In this document: positions 1 to 5,988 of the stretch, one piece after another
Layout of the letters: each line of letters begins with the position of its first letter
How positions within the stretch are numbered: position 1 is the first letter of the stretch
NCBI GenBank assembly: GCA_013152815.1
Contig: JAADFO010000046.1
Coordinates: 1 to 32,432, forward strand
Reading direction: 5' to 3'
DNA length: 32,432 nt
Source: Nanobdellati archaeon
GTDB lineage: Archaea > Nanobdellota > Nanobdellia > Woesearchaeales > JAADFO01
Made by a program: the position numbers and the translations under genes
Notes under the pieces: generated by a model
Told to the model about the DNA's origin: nothing
What the model saw: the letters and a program-made list of their open reading frames with translations, nothing else
Databases searched by the model: none

Positions 1-73
1 CATGAAGATGTCGAAGAAGAACGACCAGCAGAAGACCATCGATAAGATCAAAGAGATTCTAAGAAGAATCTAA
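1..73 (+). CDS. 3' end of an unidentified CDS (partial)
   Basis: The frame from position 2 reads ..MKMSKKNDQQKTIDKIKEILRRI* and stops at TAA 71-73. Confidence 0.55.
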   Translation, partial: MKMSKKNDQQKTIDKIKEILRRI

Positions 74-114
74 TGGAGCAAACCATTAAATATCCTCTTT
101 CTCGTTTCAAGAAA

Positions 115-387
115 ATGAGCGACAAACAATGGTGCTGCTACATCCTCGAGTGCCAGGACGATTCATTATACACAGGCATGACCAATGACATAGAAAGACG
201 GATGGCGGCCCACACGGCAGGCACCGGCTCAAAGTACGTCAGACAAAAAGGGTTCAGCAGGCTCCTCCATGTCATCAAAGCTGTCGACAAAGTAGACGCT
301 GCAAAGATGGAATATAGAATCAAACAATTGGAAAGAAATGAGAAGATAACCTTCTTCATCAACCATCCGAACCGGATCATTCCTTGA
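115..387 (+). CDS. GIY-YIG nuclease family protein (UPF0213/YazA-like); start could be 73
   Basis: WCCYILECQDDSLYTGMTNDIERRMAAH...GSKY...A.KME..IK is the typical small GIY-YIG pattern. Confidence 0.85.
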   Translation: MSDKQWCCYILECQDDSLYTGMTNDIERRMAAHTAGTGSKYVRQKGFSRLLHVIKAVDKVDAAKMEYRIKQLERNEKITFFINHPNRIIP

Positions 388-844
388 TGTAGACTTTCTT
401 CATGACGACCTTCTCTTTAGGCCGGTCATTGAAACCGACCTTCATCTGGCCTATCTTCATGAGGACCTTATCCCCCTCGACGACCCTGCCGAAGATTGAA
501 TGCTTGCCATTGAGCCAGGTACAGGGTGCCAGGGTGATGAAGAACTGGCTTCCGCCGGTGTTCGGACCGGCATTTGCCATAGATAACATACCCATCTGGT
601 CATGAGAAAGCGACGGATGAAACTCATCTTGGATCTCATAGCCAGGACCTCCCGTTCCCCTACCCTTTGGACATCCGCCCTGTATCATGAAACCCTTGAT
701 GATCCGGTGGAAGATCAGCCCGTCATAGAAGCCCTTCTTCACAAGATCGATGAAATTCTTTGTCGTGATCGGAGCTTTATCCTCGAAAAGCTCAATCTCC
801 ATGGTGCCCATATTCGTCTCGATGACTGCGATTGCGTTTGCCAT
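377..844 (-). CDS. Cyclophilin-type peptidyl-prolyl cis-trans isomerase
   Basis: FYDGLIFHRII.GFMIQGG, SMANAGPNTGGSQFFIT and WLNGKHSIFG motifs. Confidence 0.95.
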   Translation of the reverse strand: MANAIAVIETNMGTMEIELFEDKAPITTKNFIDLVKKGFYDGLIFHRIIKGFMIQGGCPKGRGTGGPGYEIQDEFHPSLSHDQMGMLSMANAGPNTGGSQFFITLAPCTWLNGKHSIFGRVVEGDKVLMKIGQMKVGFNDRPKEKVVMKKVYIKE

Positions 845-888
845 GGAGCAAAGAAAAGAGCGATGCTATTTAAGATTAATCAGAAAGC

Positions 889-905
889 ATAGCCCCACCG
901 GGATT
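889..905 (-). repeat. Extra copy of the tRNA-Gln 3' end (16/17 identical to 981-997)
   Basis: atagccccaccGggatt (889-905) versus atagccccaccCggatt (981-997). Confidence 0.9.
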
Positions 906-981
906 GCTTTGCTGCCAGAAATTCAGCAGGATTTCTGAGCACGTTCGAACGCGGGCTGGGATAATACGTTCGAAGAACGTA

Positions 982-1099
982 TAGCCCCACCCGGATTCGA
1001 ACCGGGGTCCCGACCTGTCTCTCAACAGAGAGGCGCTCAGAAACACCTGCGTTTCTGTTGTCCAAAGGGTCGGATGATTGGCCGCTACACTATGGGGCT
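982..1099 (-). tRNA. tRNA-Gln(TTG) with a 45-nt canonical 37/38 intron (1017-1061); CCA not encoded
   Basis: Minus strand: AGCCCCA TAGTGTAGCGGCCAATCAT CCGACC CT-TTG-G [intron] A GGTCGG GAC CCCGG TTCGAAT CCGGG TGGGGCT A. Bulge-helix-bulge (BHB): CTTT/AGAG helix, GGA and ACA bulges, CAACAGA/TCTGTTG intron stem. Confidence 0.95.
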
Positions 1100-1200
1100 G
1101 TATGTTGGTACTGGGCTTGAGCCCTGTCGGGCGAAACCCCAGGCGGGCTCCAGAATCGCAAGAGCGAACCAACCGACAGGTTGGGAGCACATCTGGGGTT

Positions 1201-1218
1201 GCTACACTATGGGGCTGT
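1201..1218 (-). repeat. Extra copy of the tRNA-Gln 5' end (18/18 identical to 1084-1101)
   Basis: gctacactatggggctgt occurs at 1084-1101 and 1201-1218. It equals tRNA nt 1-16 plus 2 leader nt. Confidence 0.92.
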
Positions 1219-1247
1219 TCAGTAAGAAACCGAAGACGAAGAATCAG

Positions 1248-1263
1248 TATATAAAGCTTACCG
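1248..1263 (-). promoter_or_regulatory. BRE-TATA promoter for the tRNA-Gln unit
   Basis: Minus strand CGGTAAGC-TTTATATA, ~32 nt upstream of the outer 5' tRNA copy. No TATA box is seen directly upstream of the intact tRNA. Confidence 0.7.
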
Positions 1264-1265
1264 CT

Positions 1266-1859
1266 TCATTTCACTTTACGGGCATCAATAGCGAGGATTG
1301 CATTGAAGAGAGGGGATTGGTTCAGATACGTCAGGTAGTCGATCATCAGATGCTTATCGCTCTTACTGGGGAAATGGTTTGGCTGATGCTTGTCGCTTTC
1401 CTTGAGATTTGCCTTAGAATTCAACGAAACGCCCCGGGAGTTTCTGGAGACATAAAGATCCTTCGAGAGATCCTGGGGGTGTGAAGCATCATACTTCTTT
1501 CTGTCAGCCTTATCGATGACCACAGCATCTTCACGGTACGAAGCATATCTCCCATCAACATCGAACTCTGCAAGGGCCATAAGCCTAAGCAGATTTTTGT
1601 TATTCAACTGTCTGCTCGTCGCAGCATGATACATTCGGTCGTCTGTATGCGTCTCTGGTTTAGCAGTCACATCAAGCTTCAGGCTTGTAGCGTACTGGAG
1701 AAGTGTTTTAAGTCGGTCATCATAGGCAGCCCTGGCATGCATCACAGCAACAGCACCTTCACTGTGATAGCTCTTTTCAGTCCGCAAAGCACTCTCGGAG
1801 AGCAAGGCTTCCTGAAAATGATCACCAAATTCCCTGTCGATGATAGTGTTAATTGCCAT
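1266..1859 (-). CDS. Hypothetical protein (197 aa)
   Basis: Long ORF with a TTTATAAA box ~25 nt upstream of the ATG. No recognisable motif. Confidence 0.7.
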   Translation of the reverse strand: MAINTIIDREFGDHFQEALLSESALRTEKSYHSEGAVAVMHARAAYDDRLKTLLQYATSLKLDVTAKPETHTDDRMYHAATSRQLNNKNLLRLMALAEFDVDGRYASYREDAVVIDKADRKKYDASHPQDLSKDLYVSRNSRGVSLNSKANLKESDKHQPNHFPSKSDKHLMIDYLTYLNQSPLFNAILAIDARKVK

Positions 1860-1981
1860 TCTTTGGTGGTAAATGATAACCCATTTATAAAGATTCTCCC
1901 TTTTCGAACTATCCGAATGCCATCCGAAATTCTCTGGAAAAAAGCATATGACGCATCCTTTCTTAACAAAAAATGGAAAGA

Positions 1982-2008
1982 TTTAAAATGTACTTACAAT
2001 ACTTACAA
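1982..2008 (+). promoter_or_regulatory. TATA box followed by tandem TACTTACAA x2 (putative operator of the TA operon)
   Basis: TTTAAAA at 1982-1988; TACTTACAA at 1991-1999 and 2000-2008. Confidence 0.55.
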
Positions 2009-2023
2009 AAGGTGGACTGAGTG

Positions 2024-2221
2024 ATGTTGAAGTTCAGCATACATGCGCGCGAACGAATGGCCCTGCGATGTATCAGCAAAGAGCAGATCAGAGAGGCCAT
2101 AAAACGAGGATCAAAACACCTCCAGAAACCGAATAAGATAGTATCGGAATACCGCTATTTCAGTGTGGTCTTCACCGTCCAGAAGGATTGCATATATGTA
2201 ATAACCGTACAAATAAGATGA
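2024..2221 (+). CDS. DUF4258-like (RelE/BrnT-fold) putative toxin
   Basis: FSIHARERMALRCIS.EQI.EAI..G and the C-terminal YVITV match the DUF4258 pattern. ATGA overlap with the next gene. Confidence 0.75.
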   Translation: MLKFSIHARERMALRCISKEQIREAIKRGSKHLQKPNKIVSEYRYFSVVFTVQKDCIYVITVQIR

Positions 2222-2595
2222 AACGCGAAAAAACTACCGGTTTTTTGCGTGATCAGAAATCTATCAGATTTCTGACATGCCCAACCTGCAACAAAGGCCA
2301 ATTGAAGAAAGGCAAGAGGAAAGAGATCATGTTCGGAGTAGACCTGGGAACCTATCCTGCAGAAATATGCGACCATTGTCACGAATCGTACACTGACGAG
2401 GAAACGACCGAGAAGATACTTCAAGCAGCGAAAGATAAAGGCATCTGGGGCCTTGGCAAACATACAAGGATCACAAGAAGCGGTAACTCTCTTGCGGTTC
2501 GCATACCAAAAAAACTCGCTGATTATTTAGGTCTGAAAGAAGGAATGGACACTTACATCCATCCAGAAGGAGATAAGATAATTCTAGAACACTAG
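2218..2595 (+). CDS. YgiT/MqsA-type zinc finger fused to an AbrB/MazE DNA-binding domain (putative antitoxin)
   Basis: CPTC...CDHC.E.Y zinc ribbon followed by ITRSGNSLAVRIPKKLADYLGLKEG (AbrB signature). Confidence 0.85.
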   Translation: MKREKTTGFLRDQKSIRFLTCPTCNKGQLKKGKRKEIMFGVDLGTYPAEICDHCHESYTDEETTEKILQAAKDKGIWGLGKHTRITRSGNSLAVRIPKKLADYLGLKEGMDTYIHPEGDKIILEH

Positions 2596-3350
2596 CTCCA
2601 GAGCTCGAGCATGTCCTCTTCCATGAAGTGAAGATTGCCGGGGACGATGAGACAATGAGGCGGTCTCCCGAAATCCTTCCTGTGCACCTTCTCTGCCTCT
2701 CCGAACTTCAGGATCCTATCCGGACTTCCAAGCCGTGCACAACCGACGCAGGCTCCATCCTTGGGAAAGACACCTTCCTGCCGTCTTCCTTCGATGGACG
2801 TCAAACGTTCGATTGCCTGGTTGACGGTCATGAACCTGTCCTCAGCAGGCCGCAGATCAAGCAACACCAGGGTATGCAATCCCTGCTTCTTGTTGGCAGC
2901 AATGACGTCGTAGGGAGTCTCGACATCAAACCCGTCCTCGGGGAAGGGTATCGAGGTGGTCTTGCCGAACTTGTACAGCTCCAGGCCGACCTCGCCGACG
3001 GCATTCAGTATCGACGCGTTGTGCACCACTTCGATGGGCACAGCCATCTTCTTGGCCCGCAGAAAGAGGTCGGTGTGCGTCGTCGCGCCGAAGGGATCGC
3101 CGATGACAAGCAGGGCAACATCTGCATCTTTCGCTTCACGAAGGATGGTCTTGTCTGAATCGATCTCGATGGCCTTCCTATCACAGACCATAATCTTCTT
3201 CTCGTAGAACTCCTCAAGCTTCGAGACAGGCACCTGCAAAAAGGAGGTATACCCTTCCAGGTACACCTTGGCACATTGCTTCACCATCTCAAGACCCTTG
3301 ACAGTGATGTCCTTCTCGTCATTGAGCCCGATGCCGATGAGATGCAGCAT
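2592..3350 (-). CDS. dph5: Diphthine synthase
   Basis: LIGIGLNDEKDITVKG, GDPFGATTHTDL, GLELYKFGKT and GLHTLVLLD motifs. Confidence 0.95.
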   Translation of the reverse strand: MLHLIGIGLNDEKDITVKGLEMVKQCAKVYLEGYTSFLQVPVSKLEEFYEKKIMVCDRKAIEIDSDKTILREAKDADVALLVIGDPFGATTHTDLFLRAKKMAVPIEVVHNASILNAVGEVGLELYKFGKTTSIPFPEDGFDVETPYDVIAANKKQGLHTLVLLDLRPAEDRFMTVNQAIERLTSIEGRRQEGVFPKDGACVGCARLGSPDRILKFGEAEKVHRKDFGRPPHCLIVPGNLHFMEEDMLELWS

Positions 3351-3395
3351 AGCAATAGCTCAACCGAGGGACTATAAAAGGATTACGAAGAAAAA

Positions 3396-3592
3396 GGCCA
3401 TTATGGAACCCTACAGAGAGATGCCAGATGCCTGCCCTACTCCATCGACGAGGACCCTCTACGATGCATAGGAACCCCGTCGATGTCGCCTGGCCCATGC
3501 CATCATTGTCCTCCTTTCAGTCGGAAATGCTGACAGTGATGGCACAGACGGTCATGCATCTGGCAGAAGAGCAGAGGGTTTCCATAATAGCC
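3396..3592. mobile_element. MITE (197 bp) with imperfect terminal inverted repeats and a 9-bp target-site duplication
   Basis: Ends are GGCCATTATGGAA...TTCCATAATAGCC. GAAGAAAAA directly abuts both ends (3387-3395 and 3593-3601). Subterminal inverted repeat TGCCAGATGC/GCATCTGGCA. No transposase. Confidence 0.8.
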
Positions 3593-3596
3593 GAAG

Positions 3597-3656
3597 AAAA
3601 AAGAAAAAAATGCCTCTGCTTTTCAGGTTTTGGGGGGTGATGAAAGAGCAGAGGCA
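3597..3656 (-). terminator. Hairpin plus T-tract downstream of ftsZ
   Basis: TGCCTCTGCT-TTTCA / TGAAA-G-AGCAGAGGCA stem (3611-3656), followed on the minus strand by TTTTTTTCTTTTTT. Confidence 0.55.
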
Positions 3657-3701
3657 AGAAGTCCTTCAAGACGATGATCCTTGCCTACAGTCCCAAAAGG
3701 G

Positions 3702-3726
3702 AAAAAAGCCCCACTATCCCAGGGGC
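3702..3726 (-). terminator. Hairpin plus T-tract immediately after ftsZ
   Basis: Minus strand GCCCC-TGGGATAGT-GGGGC-TTTTTT. Confidence 0.5.
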
Positions 3727-3772
3727 CCGGGCCACACAAGGTGGAGACGCACTGCACAGAGTCGTGGGGATC

Positions 3773-4864
3773 CTAATTGATGATCTCGATTCCCAGCTCG
3801 TCCTCGAACTCGGTGAGTTCGACGGTCTGCGGAGCCTTCTTGGCCCGCTCTGCCTTGCCAAGTATCCAGGGGCTGTGGACACCGGTGATAATGGTCATCA
3901 CTGTGACTTTTCCCTTCATGTTGTCGTCGATTCTAGCGCCCCAGATAACATTGGCATCGTCATCCAGGCTCTCGGTGACGATATCTCCGATCTGCGATAT
4001 CTCGTCCAGTGTCATGTCAGGTCCGCCGGTGACGTGGATCAACGCGCCGGTGGCTCCCTGGTAGCTGATGTCCAGCAGAGGATTGGTCAAGGCTCCTTTG
4101 ACTGCCTCCTGGACCCTGTTGTCAGTGTCTGATGCGCCGACGCCGATGACAGCGACGCCGCCGTTGGTCATGATGGCCTTGACATCGGCATAGTCGAGAT
4201 TCACCAAACTCGGGATGGCGATGGTCTCGACGATGCCTTTGATCATGGTCGCGATGAGCTCGTTGGCGACAGCGAAGGCCTGCTGGATGGGCAGGTTCCC
4301 GGCGATCTCCACCAGGCGGTTGTTGTCGATGACGATGACCGTGTCAGAGACCTTGCGGAGCTGCTGCAGCCCGAACTCGGCCTTGTCCACTCTGGCCCGC
4401 TCGATCTTGAAGGGCATCGTGACCGTGCCGATGACGATGGACTTCATCTCCTTCGCGACGCCGGCGACGACAGGAGCCGCTCCAGTTCCCGTACCGCCGC
4501 CCATGCCGGCACAGACAAAGGTCATGTCCGCTCCTTTCAACGCTTCCTTGATCTCACCCAGGGATTCGGTCGCCGATTCAGCTCCCCGTTCAGGGTAGCC
4601 TCCGCAGCCGAGACCCTTGGTGACGTCCTTTCCGATGAGGAATTTCTTGTCGGCCTCTGTTATCTTGAGATGCTGAAGGTCGGTGTTGCAGGCCAGGATC
4701 TCAGCGCCCTTGATGCCTTTCTTATAGAGCCAGTTGACCATGTTGTTGCCGGCTCCGCCGACGCCGAACACCTTGATGTTCGCTTTGCCCACGGTCACGC
4801 CCTCGAAGGTGGTTTCTTCAGCCAGGTTCTGTTCTTTCAGTGCGTTCTCCACGATAAAGTCCAT
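3773..4864 (-). CDS. ftsZ: Cell division protein FtsZ (archaeal FtsZ2-like)
   Basis: GVGGAGNN, GMGGGTGTG and NLDYAD motifs. PFKIERAR and IDNNRL resemble the FtsZ2 clade. SD GGAGGGG precedes the ATG at 4864. Confidence 0.95.
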   Translation of the reverse strand: MDFIVENALKEQNLAEETTFEGVTVGKANIKVFGVGGAGNNMVNWLYKKGIKGAEILACNTDLQHLKITEADKKFLIGKDVTKGLGCGGYPERGAESATESLGEIKEALKGADMTFVCAGMGGGTGTGAAPVVAGVAKEMKSIVIGTVTMPFKIERARVDKAEFGLQQLRKVSDTVIVIDNNRLVEIAGNLPIQQAFAVANELIATMIKGIVETIAIPSLVNLDYADVKAIMTNGGVAVIGVGASDTDNRVQEAVKGALTNPLLDISYQGATGALIHVTGGPDMTLDEISQIGDIVTESLDDDANVIWGARIDDNMKGKVTVMTIITGVHSPWILGKAERAKKAPQTVELTEFEDELGIEIIN

Positions 4865-4982
4865 TTTTTCTTCCCCTCCTTTTTTGCTTGAGTCCATGCA
4901 GTCGCTGCAGGGTCTATCGCCTGACAACCCTGTTCAATAGGTGTCTAGTATAGGGACGCATAGCAAATAGACTTTCCAGTAA

Positions 4983-4997
4983 CGAAAAGTTTAAATA
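4983..4997 (+). promoter_or_regulatory. BRE-TATA pointing into the hairpin array (no downstream ORF)
   Basis: CGAAAAG-TTTAAATA. Confidence 0.55.
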
Positions 4998-5030
4998 CTA
5001 TAACGGTCTCTAACCTCTTAGAACAAAACC

Positions 5031-5145
5031 TGTTACTTGCGCCAACAAGTGACAATCTGGATTTTTGGTTCGCCAAAACCAACAATCCTCGTCGGTAATA
5101 ACCATTCAAGCGCACATTGAGTTCCGCCAAAAACTCAATTCTTGA
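5031..5145. ncRNA. Candidate structured RNA or leader: three hairpins sharing the loop CGCCAA
   Basis: Stems 5031-5054, 5059-5088 and 5116-5139 have different sequences and the same loop core. Confidence 0.55.
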
Positions 5146-5169
5146 TTTTCTTATTTATCTTATAACTAC

Positions 5170-5185
5170 TATTTAAAGTTATCTG
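5170..5185 (-). promoter_or_regulatory. BRE-TATA pointing toward the hairpin array and ftsZ
   Basis: Minus strand CAGATAAC-TTTAAATA. The predicted start (~5146) falls at the edge of the third hairpin. Confidence 0.5.
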
Positions 5186-5224
5186 TGATTCATAATATAT
5201 TTTCTGAAGACTAAGAATTCACGT

Positions 5225-5926
5225 TCAGCGCTTCCTTTGTTTAAGGGATTGCTTCACCTTGTCATGCACGTCCAGGGTCCTGTCCTGGATCTGTTGGAAG
5301 AGGGTCTTCGATCCCCTGCGGAAGAGCTGCTTTCCCTTCTCCAGGTTCTTCTGCACCGTCGTGCTCCATACCCTCGTCGAGGTGTCCAGGTTCGCTATCC
5401 GCGCGCCCCAGCGTTCAAGGAAGACCATGTCGGTGAGCTTGTAACGTTCCGGGACAGGCACCTTCTCGTCCGGATACCCCAGGGTCAGGATGAGCTCCAC
5501 GTTAACATAGTCCGGCGCACCGACGGCTGCACGCATCATGTCCTGGTCGAACGCCCCGACCATGCAGGTCGCGAGACCGATGGCGTGGGCTGTAAGAGCC
5601 ATGTTCTCGGCGATGGTGGCGCAGTTCATGATCGAATAGGCCTTCTCTCCCCGCTCTCCATAGAACTGCCTGGCCCGCTGCGGCTCTGCGACGATGGCAA
5701 GGATGACCGGAGCCGTCTCGATCCAGTACTGCTGAAGGGCGGCCTCTGCGATCTTCTGTATCCCGGCACGTTCACGCACCAGGATGACCTTGTAGTTCTG
5801 GAGATTTCCTGCAGTGGGAGCGAGCCTGCCGGCATCGAGGACACGGCCTATCTGGTCCATGCTCAACGGTGTGGAAAGATATTTCCGGATAGAACGGCGG
5901 CAACGCATACATTCTTCAACATCCAT
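5225..5926 (-). CDS. Nitroreductase family protein with a C-terminal extension
   Basis: RRSIRKY, APTAGNLQ, ENMALTAHAIGLATC and LTLGYP motifs. Confidence 0.9.
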   Translation of the reverse strand: MDVEECMRCRRSIRKYLSTPLSMDQIGRVLDAGRLAPTAGNLQNYKVILVRERAGIQKIAEAALQQYWIETAPVILAIVAEPQRARQFYGERGEKAYSIMNCATIAENMALTAHAIGLATCMVGAFDQDMMRAAVGAPDYVNVELILTLGYPDEKVPVPERYKLTDMVFLERWGARIANLDTSTRVWSTTVQKNLEKGKQLFRRGSKTLFQQIQDRTLDVHDKVKQSLKQRKR

Positions 5927-5988
5927 GGGAGCAGGCATCGTGAATAAACATTTAAATAAGGACAGCATATTTAAACTTTGTGATGGCC

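Noticed and set aside
1100..1216. Hammerhead, HDV/theta or twister ribozyme in the tRNA-Gln leader
   Set aside because: The plus strand has stem-GAAA-stem but no CUGANGA core. Pseudoknot spacing does not fit HDV. The twister-like CAAGCCC lacks the UAA cleavage site and supporting stems.
889..1218. CRISPR array or classical prophage attL/attR
   Set aside because: There are two different repeats, each present only twice and both tRNA-derived. No cas or integrase gene, and the enclosed DNA is only ~100 bp.
3396..3592. SRP RNA, RNase P RNA or H/ACA guide
   Set aside because: No SRP helix-8 CAGG..AGCA motif, no RNase P terminal conserved region and no ACA tail. TIR plus TSD explains it better.
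4865..4927. N-terminal extension of FtsZ in the ORF track
   Set aside because: An SD sequence precedes the ATG at 4864; the extension starts at a TTG with no support.
4997..5013. ACTATAACGGTC matches part of the 23S rRNA I-CeuI site
   Set aside because: Only 12 bp with no rRNA context; likely chance.
4945..5130. 61-aa minus-strand ORF upstream of ftsZ
   Set aside because: TTG start inside a hairpin loop, atypical codon usage and no RHH pattern.
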